A DNA stretch of 64,000 nt from Nitrospirales bacterium (GTDB taxonomy: Bacteria; Nitrospirota; Nitrospiria; Nitrospirales; UBA8639): positions 160,001-224,000 of the forward strand of contig OY820905.2 of the NCBI GenBank assembly GCA_963555755.3. Direction: 5' to 3'. The notes beneath the pieces were generated by a model that was not told where the DNA came from, did not search any database, and saw nothing but the letters and a program-made list of their open reading frames with translations. Within the stretch, counting starts at the first letter, position 1. Each line of letters starts with the position of its first letter. The position numbers and the translations under genes were made by a program. Of this stretch, positions 50,936 through 61,339 are shown in pieces.

Positions 50936-51758
50936 TGGTTTCCTTTTGCCGTCCTAGATAGATTTCTATGACGCGAGGATCATTTTGGATACTCTGCATT
51001 GGTCCTTCGCACAAGACGGTTCCCTCATGAAGCACGGTTACGGTCTTGGCAATCTGCCTGACAAATTCCATGTCATGTTCAATGACGATGACGGAATGCT
51101 TATCCGTCAACGATTGAAGGAGTTCTCCGGTTTTTTCGGTTTCCTGATCCGTCATTCCCGCGACCGGTTCATCAATGAGGAGGAGTTCGGGGTCTTGAAG
51201 AATGACCATGCCAATTTCTAACCATTGTTTTTCTCCGTGAGACAATTGACCGGCAAGGACTTGTGCTTTGTTCATCAGCCTGATGGTCTCCAAGGTCTGG
51301 GCAATTTTGTCTGATTCTTCTCGAATCGATGTGGACAACAAGGTGGCAAAAACGCCCTTGCTCTTCCGACGAAGCGAGAGGTCCAAGTTGTCCCACACGG
51401 GGAGGGTCGTATACACCGAAGGGGTTTGGAATTTTCGACCAATGCCTAACGCGGTGATTTCATTTTCCCGAAGACCAATCAGATCCGTCCCTTGTCCAAA
51501 GACGATACGACCGGATGCCGGCTGGACTTTTCCGGAGATGGCATCCAAAAGCGTACTCTTTCCCGCGCCATTAGGTCCGATCACCACTCGAAGCTCATGG
51601 TAATCCACAACCAGGTTGAGATTGTTCAGGGCCTTAAACCCATCAAAATCTACCGTGACGCCTTCGAGATACATAATTGAGCGTTGATGTCTGGACCCAA
51701 TGACTGGTTGTAAAACTTTGGCATCGGTTTTTGCTGGACTGTGTTGTTCAATTTCCAT
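50922..51758 (-). CDS. urtD: Urea ABC transporter ATPase UrtD
   Basis: GIGRKFQTP, LSHGEKQWLEIGM. Confidence 0.95.
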   Translation of the reverse strand: MEIEQHSPAKTDAKVLQPVIGSRHQRSIMYLEGVTVDFDGFKALNNLNLVVDYHELRVVIGPNGAGKSTLLDAISGKVQPASGRIVFGQGTDLIGLRENEITALGIGRKFQTPSVYTTLPVWDNLDLSLRRKSKGVFATLLSTSIREESDKIAQTLETIRLMNKAQVLAGQLSHGEKQWLEIGMVILQDPELLLIDEPVAGMTDQETEKTGELLQSLTDKHSVIVIEHDMEFVRQIAKTVTVLHEGTVLCEGPMQSIQNDPRVIEIYLGRQKETNAPV

Positions 51759-51784
51759 TATTTACTCTGATAGTTCTGGGGTAA

Positions 51785-52951
51785 TTATTCTGTGGCCTCA
51801 GCGATCTTTGGGCTCACCGATTTGGGTTTTTCCACTCGCACCATTGTCCATAGTTTGCTGAATACACCAACCACGCCTTTCGGGAAGAACATGACCACGG
51901 CGATGAAGAGCCCGCCCAGGAAGAAGGGCCAAAGCTCCGGGAAATGATTCGTGAGATAGCTCCGTGTCCAGTTCACGCCCACGGCACCCACAACGGCACC
52001 GGTCAACGTTCCGCGCCCACCCACAGCAACCCAAATAGCCATTTCAATAGAAGGCAACACCCCCATCTGATTCGGGGTGATGATCCCGACCTGAGGGACG
52101 TAGAGTGCTCCCGCTATGCCTGCTAAGCCGGCTGAGATGACAAACACAAAGAGTTTGTAATTCGCGGGGGAATACCCGGTGAAGAGTACCCTCTGTTCAC
52201 AATCACGAATCGCGACTAACACTCGTCCGGCACGAGATTGGGTAATCCATCGACAAAGTAAAAAGGCCAACCCCAAAAAGAATACGGTGAGAATATACAT
52301 GCCACGTTGGGTGTTAGGATCATTCAACGAATAACCCAAGATGTGTTTGAAATCAGTCAGCCCATTCGTGCCACCCAGATTCGTTTCATTGCGATTGAAT
52401 ACCAGCCAGGCCACCAACGCGAGCGCTTGGGTGATAATGGCAAAATACACACCACGAATGCGGCTGCGAAATACGAGGAACCCAAAGAGTGCCGCGAAGG
52501 TCATCGGGACCAGCACGACTGCTAACAAAGAAAACCCAAAACTGGAAAAAGGTTTCCAAAACCAGGGCAGCTCTTTCACCTGATTCCACACCATAAAGTC
52601 GGGGAGGTCGGTTCCATACACACCTTCTGCCCCGATTCCCAGCATTAAATGCATCCCGAGGGCATACGCGCCCAATCCAAAAAAGACGCCATGCCCCAGA
52701 CTTAAGATGCCGGTATAGCCCCAAATTAAATCGATGCCGAGTGCTAAGATGGCGAAAGCAAAAAATTTTCCAAAGAGATTCATTGTAAAGTCAGACACAT
52801 GAAACACAGAATCCTGAGGAAGGAGGTTGAGGAGGGGAATGCCCACCAACAGAACCAATCCCACGGTCCCAAATGACCGGCTTAAACCCAAACGTGATAA
52901 TCTGGTTGCCCCGTTGGCGTTTACGGGTTCCTGATCACTCTTAGGAATCAA
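51785..52951 (-). CDS. urtC: Urea ABC transporter permease UrtC
   Basis: WGYTGILSLGHG, LPDFMVW, GGTNGLTDF. Confidence 0.95.
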   Translation of the reverse strand: MIPKSDQEPVNANGATRLSRLGLSRSFGTVGLVLLVGIPLLNLLPQDSVFHVSDFTMNLFGKFFAFAILALGIDLIWGYTGILSLGHGVFFGLGAYALGMHLMLGIGAEGVYGTDLPDFMVWNQVKELPWFWKPFSSFGFSLLAVVLVPMTFAALFGFLVFRSRIRGVYFAIITQALALVAWLVFNRNETNLGGTNGLTDFKHILGYSLNDPNTQRGMYILTVFFLGLAFLLCRWITQSRAGRVLVAIRDCEQRVLFTGYSPANYKLFVFVISAGLAGIAGALYVPQVGIITPNQMGVLPSIEMAIWVAVGGRGTLTGAVVGAVGVNWTRSYLTNHFPELWPFFLGGLFIAVVMFFPKGVVGVFSKLWTMVRVEKPKSVSPKIAEATE

Positions 52952-54497
52952 GGTGACGTCCTTTCAGCGTAAAGAGTCCGGAGGGGCGATATTGGAGAAA
53001 GAGAATGATGAGGACCAGAATCATTACCTTTCCATATACGGCTCCGAAGCTTGGTTCCAGCAATTTATTGAGCGTCCCAATCCCCAAGGCAGCGACAATG
53101 GTGCCGGCCAGTTTTCCCACTCCTCCGGTCACCACCACCATAAAAGAGTCCACAATGTAATTCCGCCCAAGCTCGGGATCGACGTTGCCCACCAAGGTTA
53201 AGGCGCTGCCTGCTAAGCCTGCTAACCCCGATCCAAAAGCAAAGGTGTAGGAATCAAATTTTCTGGTCGGAATGCCAAGGCAGGCACTCATATCACGATT
53301 TTGCAACACTGCTCGGATCCGAAGGCCGATGCCTGTTCGAAACAGTAACAAGTAGATTCCTGTCACACAGAAGATGGCGAGAAGAATGATAAAGAGCCGG
53401 TTATGTGGAAGCCGTACCCCGACCATGATCTGCACGCCTCCCTTGAGCCAGCTTGGCGCTTGAACGGCGGTGAGATCTCCAAAGATGACCCGCGCACCCT
53501 GAATCAAGACGAGTCCCACGCCCCATGTTACTAAAAGCGTTTCGAGTGGTCTTCCATACAGAAAGCGAATGAGGGTTCCTTCTAAGATCCATCCCACGAA
53601 GGCCGCGACGAGAAAGGCGCAGGGGAGGGCAAAGAAGAAATAGTAATCAAAGAACTGTTCCCCGAGGTAGGCTTTAAATATTTCTTGAACGACAAACGTG
53701 GCATAGGCGCCAATCATCATCATTTCCCCATGGGCCATATTGATGACGCCCATGAGGCCGAAAACAATGGCGAGCCCCAGCGCCATGAGGAGTAGTATGG
53801 AACTGAGGCTCAACCCTTGCAGTAGGGTTTCCACCCCACCGGCGATATCGTGCCATTTTTGTATTCGGCGGCTCGCTTCGGCCGCCGCGTTGGTCAACGT
53901 CTGCTGTTCCAGGTCGTCTGCCGGTTGTTTAGCTAATTCTTCTAAATCGGGAAGGGCAAAGGCACTACGCAAGTCCCCCAGCTTCGTAATGGCCGCAAGT
54001 CGAACTTGTGGGTCTGCATGTTCTAAATTTATCAGGTTGATGGCTTCTTCCAGGTCGTATCTGACCCAACGATCGTCCTCACTAGACAAGGCATTTTTTA
54101 GTAGCGGTAATGCTTCTGGGCCCCCGCGTGTTCCAAGATCCCGAGCCGCGGCTCGGCGTGCTTCTGAGTCTTCGCTTACCAAGTTGGCCTTATTCCGAAG
54201 AAGGTTGATGACAGGCTTCATCAATCGACGAACCCGCCTGTTTACATTGGAGCGGAGTTCTTCGAGCTGAGGGAGTAGGTCAGGTTCACCATGTTCAATA
54301 AGATAGGCCACCGCGAATTTTTTTTCAGTCCATTCACCGTTGGCCAGTACACTCATGGCGTGATCAACTCCAATGATTTCAATGGGTGTTGAAGATGTCC
54401 CCGGCTCTTGAGCGACGGCAATTGCTCCAAGACCTAACGAGTAGCATGAAAAGATCAAAATGGAAATGAGAACAATACGTTTCAAGGAACCTGTCAT
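52941..54497 (-). CDS. urtB: Urea ABC transporter permease UrtB with N-terminal HEAT-like repeats
   Basis: FGLMGVINMAHGE, LYGRPLETLL, YIVDSFMVVV. Confidence 0.95.
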   Translation of the reverse strand: MTGSLKRIVLISILIFSCYSLGLGAIAVAQEPGTSSTPIEIIGVDHAMSVLANGEWTEKKFAVAYLIEHGEPDLLPQLEELRSNVNRRVRRLMKPVINLLRNKANLVSEDSEARRAAARDLGTRGGPEALPLLKNALSSEDDRWVRYDLEEAINLINLEHADPQVRLAAITKLGDLRSAFALPDLEELAKQPADDLEQQTLTNAAAEASRRIQKWHDIAGGVETLLQGLSLSSILLLMALGLAIVFGLMGVINMAHGEMMMIGAYATFVVQEIFKAYLGEQFFDYYFFFALPCAFLVAAFVGWILEGTLIRFLYGRPLETLLVTWGVGLVLIQGARVIFGDLTAVQAPSWLKGGVQIMVGVRLPHNRLFIILLAIFCVTGIYLLLFRTGIGLRIRAVLQNRDMSACLGIPTRKFDSYTFAFGSGLAGLAGSALTLVGNVDPELGRNYIVDSFMVVVTGGVGKLAGTIVAALGIGTLNKLLEPSFGAVYGKVMILVLIILFLQYRPSGLFTLKGRHLDS

Positions 54498-54627
54498 TGT
54501 CGTTCATTCAGTCGTTAGAAAAGACTGCATCTTTGTGGACCAAAATAATAAAAACTTGTATTTTTTCTTTCAGACATGGTCAGGTTAAATAGTGAAGGGA
54601 AGTGCCCACCTTCAGGTAAAAATCTCC

Positions 54628-54732
54628 GTCTGTCATCCCCGCAGTTTTTAGCGGGGATCCAGGTTTTCCGCCTACTGCAGAAAATTCGAGATGGATTCCC
54701 GCTAACTGCTGGCGGGAATGACGGGATGACGA
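54628..54732. repeat. REPIN-like inverted REP pair
   Basis: Reverse-orientation homolog of 49726-49829. Confidence 0.8.
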
Positions 54733-54858
54733 TGCACAGCCTACACCTCCAATCATCGAACCTGAATGTCACAAGACTGGGTCTGGTAGATAACGTCCAA
54801 GTTTTACATGTACAAAATGTGGATCCAACGTCGGGTACGACGTTGGATCCGTCATGCG

Positions 54859-56244
54859 TCACGCTTTTTTATAGGTCCCTTTGTGCTTGACCCAGTCACA
54901 GCCTTTATCAGGACTGCTGTATACGCTCCAAGGTTCCGCTTGAACGAGGTCGGTTTTGGAAATGATGGAGAACTGACCGTCTTTGCGAATCTCGCCGATG
55001 AGCACGGGTTTGTAGGTATGATGATTCGCTTCGTCCATTTTCTTCTTTCCGCCGGGCGCGTCGAATTCCATCCCATAGACCGCCTTTCGCACCGCATCCA
55101 CTTTCGTGGTGCCGGCTTTTTCCACGGCCTGCTTCCAGACATGGACGCCAAAATAGGCAGCTTCGATGGGATCGTCTGTGACCCGCTTGTCTCCACCAGG
55201 TAATCCTTTCTTTTTACAGTAGGTCTTGAAATCGGACACGAATTTTTTATTCCCAGGAGTATCCACACTTTGATAGTAGTTCCAAGCGGCCAAGTGACCG
55301 ACCAATGCACTCGTGTCCATACCGCGAAGTTCATCTTCGGCCACGCTAAAGGCCATGATGGGCACATCTTCGGATCGAAGTCCTTGATTGGCAAATTCTT
55401 TGTAGAAAGGCACGTTGCTATCGCCGTTAATCGTACTGATCACGGCGGCATCACCCCTGCGCGAAAATTTTCGAATTTTTCCGACAATGGTTTGATAGTC
55501 TTGATGATGGAATGGCGTATATTCTTCACCAATGTTTTTCGCTGGAACGCCTTTCGCCAGTAACATCGCTCGAAGAATTTTATTGGTGGTTCGGGGATAC
55601 ACATAGTCCGTGCCTAAGAGGTAGAACTTTTTATAGGCGCCACCTTCTTCGCTCATGAGATATTCCACAGCAGGGATAGCTTGTTGATTGACAGCTGCCC
55701 CGGTATAAAACACATTGCGTGAGCATTCTTCACCTTCGTATTGAACGGGATAAAAGAGTAAGCCGTTGTTGCCTTCGAAAACCGGGAGTACGGACTTTCG
55801 GCTGACTGATGTCCAACACCCAAACACCACCGATACCTTATCCACTAACAGAAGCTGTTTGGCTTTCTCGGCGAACAGATCCCAATTGGAAGCGGGATCG
55901 ACGATTACGGGTTGAATCTGGCGGCCGAGGAGGCCACCGGCTGCATTGATTTCTTCTACGGCCATCAACACCACATCCCGTAAGGAAACCTCGCTAATGG
56001 CCATGGTTCCACTCAGGGAATGGAGAATGCCAATTTTGATAGGTCCTTTATCCGCGGCATAGGACAAGGCCCAACCGCCTAAATTACCGAGAAGGGCTGC
56101 CATGCCAATCCCCGCGGCCGTTGTGGTCGCATCGGTTAAAAACTGTCGACGACTTTTTTCTATTCCGGGTTCCACTACTTCGGTTGTCGTATCAGTCGTA
56201 TTATTTGGCGTATTGTCTGGAAAAATATGTTCTGGCTTTTTCAT
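54859..56244 (-). CDS. urtA: Urea ABC transporter substrate-binding protein UrtA (Tat signal)
   Basis: [36 protein letters not shown]. Confidence 0.96.
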   Translation of the reverse strand: MKKPEHIFPDNTPNNTTDTTTEVVEPGIEKSRRQFLTDATTTAAGIGMAALLGNLGGWALSYAADKGPIKIGILHSLSGTMAISEVSLRDVVLMAVEEINAAGGLLGRQIQPVIVDPASNWDLFAEKAKQLLLVDKVSVVFGCWTSVSRKSVLPVFEGNNGLLFYPVQYEGEECSRNVFYTGAAVNQQAIPAVEYLMSEEGGAYKKFYLLGTDYVYPRTTNKILRAMLLAKGVPAKNIGEEYTPFHHQDYQTIVGKIRKFSRRGDAAVISTINGDSNVPFYKEFANQGLRSEDVPIMAFSVAEDELRGMDTSALVGHLAAWNYYQSVDTPGNKKFVSDFKTYCKKKGLPGGDKRVTDDPIEAAYFGVHVWKQAVEKAGTTKVDAVRKAVYGMEFDAPGGKKKMDEANHHTYKPVLIGEIRKDGQFSIISKTDLVQAEPWSVYSSPDKGCDWVKHKGTYKKA

Positions 56245-56303
56245 ATCGAGCTCCTTGAATTTTTCACAATGTAATTTTTTGTATGTTTCATCCTGGGATA
56301 ACC

Positions 56304-57527
56304 CTACAATTGCAACTGAAGCGCGAGCTTGATAGCACTGACATCCGCACCCGTGGTCGTGGGTAAATATGATCGGCCTTTGGTCGCAATGTCGCCATAT
56401 TGATAGAACAGGGAAACCTTCGCGTTATGTCCGTCTATGATATAGTTCAGCCCGACTTCGGTTTCGTCCCGGCTGGGGCTGTTGTCTGGGATGTTTTCCG
56501 TGAAACGGACGTAGGGTTGGAATCGTCCGATTCCAACTTCCTGTGGAAACAGAAACAACCCCGTCGCGGTCCACGCATCACCGTCGAAGATGCAGAAACA
56601 TGCTGCTCCAGCAGCCAGGGCTGTAGCATTGAGGTCGGTTTCAAAGACCTTATACTCGCCCTCTAATGTGAGGACGCCATTATTTGAGAAAACCCGTTCA
56701 TAGAGGGCATCAGCACTGAAACCAGTGAAATCGGAAGGATTTGCAGCGGTGCCCGCTCCACCGGATTGATGCTGGATGGCGAAGGCCACAGTCAAGATAT
56801 CGCCTCCGTTGCCGTAATAAGTGCTGCTCGTGTAATAGGCGGGGTTTTGTTCGACATTTAAAAAGTTAAAGGTAAAGCGTCCGGCCCACAGAGGGCTGTC
56901 TCCTGTATTTCCAAATCCATCCAATCCATCAAAGACGCCCACGACATAGGTCAAACGTTTATCCTCTAGAAATGCGCCCCAGATATTGATCCCATCATCG
57001 CGGCCAAATCGCCCGGCTGCAGCTCCGATCCCGGCCGTAGGACTGCCAAGCCCTGCCCCAGGATTACCGAAGTCCTGTGGATAAAATGGGGTCTTATTAA
57101 ATTCATAGGTGTTTTGATAATAGGGACCATCGAGTTCTGCCCGGTCCGAAGGGGCTAATAACCGACCTGCCCATACATTGAAATATTGATTGAACTCAAA
57201 TTTGCCAATGGCATCGAGGACGATCATCGTTCCGCTAGAATTGGTGCCAAAGCAATTCGTACAATCCGTGTTAAATTCCATTTTGATGTATTTGTGAAGC
57301 TGGCCATTCACATACAACCGCATATTGTCCATTGCAAAGTTGGTGCTCCAATCATTGGCATTAGGCGCAGCATCTTCGACAGTGGCATAACTGGCACGAA
57401 CGCCCATGCCAATACTGATCCACTTGGTCTTGTCAATTTGAATCTTCCCTCCGGCGTAAACCGGGGTTGCAAAAAAGGTCATGCCAATTAAAAAAACACT
57501 GAATAGGGGACACGTAATTTTTTTCAT
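56304..57527 (-). CDS. Outer-membrane porin (probable urea/amide uptake)
   Basis: Signal peptide, amphipathic beta strands, C-terminal LQLQL; AGGAGG 9 nt before ATG 57527; first gene of the urt operon. Confidence 0.8.
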   Translation of the reverse strand: MKKITCPLFSVFLIGMTFFATPVYAGGKIQIDKTKWISIGMGVRASYATVEDAAPNANDWSTNFAMDNMRLYVNGQLHKYIKMEFNTDCTNCFGTNSSGTMIVLDAIGKFEFNQYFNVWAGRLLAPSDRAELDGPYYQNTYEFNKTPFYPQDFGNPGAGLGSPTAGIGAAAGRFGRDDGINIWGAFLEDKRLTYVVGVFDGLDGFGNTGDSPLWAGRFTFNFLNVEQNPAYYTSSTYYGNGGDILTVAFAIQHQSGGAGTAANPSDFTGFSADALYERVFSNNGVLTLEGEYKVFETDLNATALAAGAACFCIFDGDAWTATGLFLFPQEVGIGRFQPYVRFTENIPDNSPSRDETEVGLNYIIDGHNAKVSLFYQYGDIATKGRSYLPTTTGADVSAIKLALQLQL

Positions 57528-57585
57528 GAAAAACATCCTCCTGGTCGGAGCCTTCACTCCGGGGTTGCTTCTTGAATGAATAGAT

Positions 57586-57794
57586 CCCAAGGAGGCATGA
57601 GTGGCAGACGAGGCCAGAGGAAGGTCTGCACGGCGAAATTGGGTGGCCTTCACTAACCGGCCAAATGTAACGAATCACTTCTTAAATTGGTCGGAATCTT
57701 CATTCCGATGTTTCTACGAATGTGTTGGCAATGACCCCAAAGAGGCGAGAGCGGCAGACGAGGCGTAACGCGAGGTCTACGTGGCGAGGTTGGG
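57586..57794 (-). ncRNA. Two copies of an unrecognised ~58-nt structured leader motif
   Basis: 57586-57643 and 57736-57794: CCCAA-..CGCC..-GYAGAC-loop..GCCTC-GTCTGC-..GCCTC.-TTGGG. Confidence 0.55.
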
Positions 57795-57817
57795 TAAGGC
57801 GATGTTCTTAGTCGGTT

Positions 57818-57961
57818 TTATCGCAAAAGTGTGTCTTGTACTTTTTCTTCCTTTTCCTTTTTCTCCTCCATCTCTTGCAGCCAAGTCTCCCAAGCCGAAA
57901 TGATACCTTTCATAAGCCGAATGACTTGGCGATGGAAAGTCTTGGTTGGTTCATCCATCAT
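57818..57961 (-). CDS. 47-aa leader-region small protein
   Basis: AAGGA RBS; MMDEPTKTFHRQVIRLMKGIISAWETWLQEMEEKKEKEEKVQDTLLR. Confidence 0.6.
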   Translation of the reverse strand: MMDEPTKTFHRQVIRLMKGIISAWETWLQEMEEKKEKEEKVQDTLLR

Positions 57962-58214
57962 GAGTTTCCTTCTACAACAAAAACCATGGTGTTAAAGAGT
58001 TGGATTGCTGTAAATTTTCATAGCGTTAAGGTAAAAAAAATCCTTTTGATTCCACTATTTGAACCAAAAGGACATCATTGTCCGGACCTGATTTTCGGAA
58101 CCCTGGAAAACTTCCTCGTCTCCCCTCCGAAATACTACAATGCCATTTTTCCAATCACCTGTGCGTCAGTCCTGGGACTAATCGACCCAGAAGATCTTCC
58201 ACAAGGTGCTGAGC

Positions 58215-58309
58215 AAAAAAAACGCCCTCTTGGTTGAAGCTACAAACCAAAAGGACGTCACTGTCCTTGCTCATCTTTTTCTGGGCACATAAAGAGAACA
58301 CCCTCGTTC
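58215..58309 (-). promoter_or_regulatory. ANTAR-type dual-hairpin attenuator
   Basis: GAAC-GAGGGU-GUUC and GGAC-AGUGAC-GUCC hexaloop hairpins; the second overlaps a terminator (58223-58257) followed by U8. Confidence 0.7.
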
Positions 58310-58311
58310 CC

Positions 58312-60215
58312 CAGGGCTATTTCATATTAAAGTGTAACTTTATAGATAATAAGGAATAATCGATTTAGGCTGGCTTTTTCTTTTCGTTTACGGCATACTC
58401 TTTTGCATGCCAGACGAATCGCCAAGCGGACAGCCGGACATTGATCTGAGGCAAGTCGTGGTTCGCCCAATTGTCCGAGACGAAAAGGACGCCTTCAAGA
58501 CCCTTCTCGACAGACACCACTACCTCGGTCATGCCCCGCTGATTGGCCAATCGATACAATATCTCGCCTGTGTGCAGGATCGCTGGCTGGCCTTGCTGGT
58601 GTTTGCGGCGGCGGCCCTCAAATCGAGACCGCGAGACCACTGGATCGGCTGGCCCCCCTGTTTTCAATGGCAACGACTCCATTTACTGGCCAACAACACC
58701 TGGTTTCTCATGCTGCCGGGCTGTTCGCAAAAGAACCTCGCCTCGAAAGTCCTGTCGCTCTGCGCGAAACGGATCTCGGCCGATTGGCAACTGTACCACG
58801 GCTACCCCTTGCTCCTCTTAGAGACCTTCGTCGATCCTGCCCGCTTCACCGGGACCTGCTATCGGGCCGCCGGGTGGCACGAGCTCGGTCTGACACGAGG
58901 GTTTCGCAAGTCGAACACGTGTTATGTTCAGCATGAGAGACCGAAGCGCATCCTAGTCGTGCGGCTGCATCCCCAAGCCCGAGAGATCCTTGCACGCCCG
59001 ATGCTTGATCAGCCCTATCAGAAAGGAGAAGCGCCTCAGATGAGATTGAATACAAAACAGACGGACTCCCTCTTTACGTATGTGGTGCAGCTGACCGATC
59101 CCCGCCATTTGCAAGGGCAACGGCACACCCGACGCGCCCTCACGGCGATCATGTTCTGTGCCACCTTGTGCGGCGCGCGCGGCTATGAAGCGATCTCGGA
59201 CTGGGCCCAGCAGTTATCGCAGCCGATGCGCAAGCGGCTAGGCTGTACTCAGCGAGGGGGGCGCTACCTCGTCCCGAGCCGCAGCACTCTTTACCGCTTT
59301 ATCACGGCCGTCGACCCCTGTGAAGTCGATACCCTGCTCGGCCGGTGGCTGGACACCTTCGGCGGGGAGGATCAGGGCATTGCCATTGATGGGAAGACCA
59401 TGCGGGGGACGTCGAAGGTCCCAAGCGAACAGACCCACGTCCTCAGCGCCGTCACCCATCAAGCCGGGCGCCACCTCACCCAAAAAAAGTTCACTCCAAG
59501 ACCAATGAGATCCCCTGCGTGCGGCCCCTGTTAGATGCGCTCGAGATCGCAGGGAAGGTGATCACGGCGGATGCGCTCCTCACCCAGAAAGAGATTGCCG
59601 AGTACCTGGTGCACGAACGCGGCGCCGACTTCGTCTTCACCGTCAAGGGAAACCAGCCCACCTTGAAGCACGACATTGAGGCCTTAGCGTTGCGAGCACG
59701 CCGGTGCGATTATGCCACCACCGAGAAAGGCCATGGGCAGATCACGACCCGCAGGATCTGGTGCGATGACTCCCTGAATGCCTATGTCAACTTTCCTCAT
59801 GTCCAGCAAGTCTTCTGCATTGAGAGGGAAGTGACGCATCTCAAGCAGGGCCTCACGACCGTCGAAGCGGTCTGCGGTGTCACGAGTCAGTCCAAAGACA
59901 AGGCGGGGCCGAAGACCATCCTCTCGCAAAACCGAAAGCATTGGAGTGTGGAGAATAAGCAGCATTATGTGTTGGACGTCACCTTTGATGAAGACAGGAG
60001 TCAGATACGAAGTCTCAATGGCCCAATGGTCATGACCTGTCTGAGACGCTATGCCATCAGTCTCTTACGCCTGAAAGGCTACACCAATATCGCGCAGGCG
60101 TGTAGACTGCTCTGGGGCAAGCCCCATTTAGCCATCCGCATGGCCCTGCCCTGAAAAAGAGCGCACAAAAAACCTCATGGAATCCCTTGCTTATAAAAAG
60201 AATGAAATGGCCCTG
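58312..60215 (+). mobile_element. ISAs1-family insertion sequence (1904 bp)
   Basis: TIR CAGGGC(T/C)ATTTCAT; 9-bp TSD CTCGTTCCC at 58303-58311 and 60216-60224. Confidence 0.93.
58407..60154 (+). CDS. DUF4338-fused ISAs1 transposase, two frames joined at a -1 slip site
   Basis: ORF 58407-59534 (HHYLG, ETFVD, DPR..G.RH, AIDGKT) plus second frame (KTNEIP, TADALLTQ, VKGNQ, HWSVEN); A7G at 59482-59489. Confidence 0.88.
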
Positions 60216-60237
60216 CTCGTTCCCTTCACAGATTTGA

Positions 60238-60266
60238 CTTATATCGAATTACATTCTAGGTGTCAA
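60238..60266 (-). promoter_or_regulatory. Sigma70 promoter facing the urea operon leader
   Basis: TTGACA-N17-TATAAG on the minus strand. Confidence 0.75.
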
Positions 60267-60366
60267 GAGTTCTATGGAACGGCAAAAAATTCTTAAAATG
60301 GTATTTTTAAGGAAAGTCGAATGATTTACCTATTTGTAACCTTCGTATATCTTCTGTACGTTGAAA

Positions 60367-60604
60367 AGGGCTGTTGAATAATTCACGTCAATAGCCAATA
60401 AACGCCTCAGATGAGCTCCACATCGTCAGTGGGAGGGAATGTTCAAAAAAGCATGCCCTGAGTCTTTCCGAAGGGTCTATCCAGTCCTGTCCTGAGCAGA
60501 GTCGAAGGAAAGGCCGCAGCCCTTTTGACGCGCGGAGCGTACTCATAGTACGTGAGCACGGCAAAAGGGCGAGAACGCCGCTGGCGGCTTTTTTCAACAT
60601 TCCC
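60367..60604. mobile_element. MITE family B copy (reverse) with an extra nested REP
   Basis: Homologous to 7041-7254 including the tail; insertion CCTGTCCTGAGCAGAGTCGAAGGA near 60486-60509. Confidence 0.8.
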
Positions 60605-60676
60605 TGAAAAGGTTGGTAGGAAGGTATTGCAGGTAGACCAGGTGGTATAATTTTATAATTGTCAGCGGATAAAAAC

Positions 60677-61339
60677 ATGAAAAATCGATTTCGTGTCATA
60701 GCGTCAGGAATTTTGTTTTCACTAGTATTCTGTCAATTATTAACTGGATGTCTTGGTTCTTCAGGAATCCGAACCATGATTCATGAAGATCCACAAATCC
60801 AAGTATATCTTGAATGGGTTCCGAAAGAATCGTTTCGTGCCTCGCACCCAAAATATTTTTCGCCAATCCTTATTAAACATATTTTAAGTGGAGTGATGGT
60901 TCAACCACCTCCTGGGATCATCGAAGGTCTCTTACGCGAGGACACCAAACCCTCTCCTATATTTTCCAACGATGATGTGGAATTCTTGGTTCCGCACTTG
61001 GTATCTGCTTTGTCGCAAGTGACCCCAGAGGAACAGGTGGTCTTTCAACGAACCTATTCCCAGGAATCCCAAACCACGAAAACGGCAGGAACAATTCATG
61101 TCAAAGAGGGACTCCTGTATTTGACTATTACGGATTTGGGACGGACGAAGAATAGTCCTACCGTAACCTTCTACAAAGGGAATCGAGATGTACCCGATTC
61201 GTCTGGGCTTAGAGATGTGCAAATCTCCTTTGCCCCAGAAACAGCGTGGCGGCAGGATATGGCACAGCATTCTGTGACAAAGGGACAGTCTTCCCTGAAT
61301 TTACTTGTACTGGACTATAAAGTGTTAGCAAGTCTTTAA
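60677..61339 (+). CDS. Lipoprotein, hypothetical
   Basis: Lipobox LTGC. Confidence 0.7.
   Translation: MKNRFRVIASGILFSLVFCQLLTGCLGSSGIRTMIHEDPQIQVYLEWVPKESFRASHPKYFSPILIKHILSGVMVQPPPGIIEGLLREDTKPSPIFSNDDVEFLVPHLVSALSQVTPEEQVVFQRTYSQESQTTKTAGTIHVKEGLLYLTITDLGRTKNSPTVTFYKGNRDVPDSSGLRDVQISFAPETAWRQDMAQHSVTKGQSSLNLLVLDYKVLASL

Noticed and set aside
57528..58310. Guanidine (ykkC) or glutamine riboswitch upstream of the urea genes
   Set aside because: I could not find their consensus cores by eye; a covariance-model search is needed to exclude them formally
58407..59040. Druantia anti-phage system
   Set aside because: The DUF4338 domain is fused to a transposase inside TIRs and a TSD; no DruE-type helicase is adjacent
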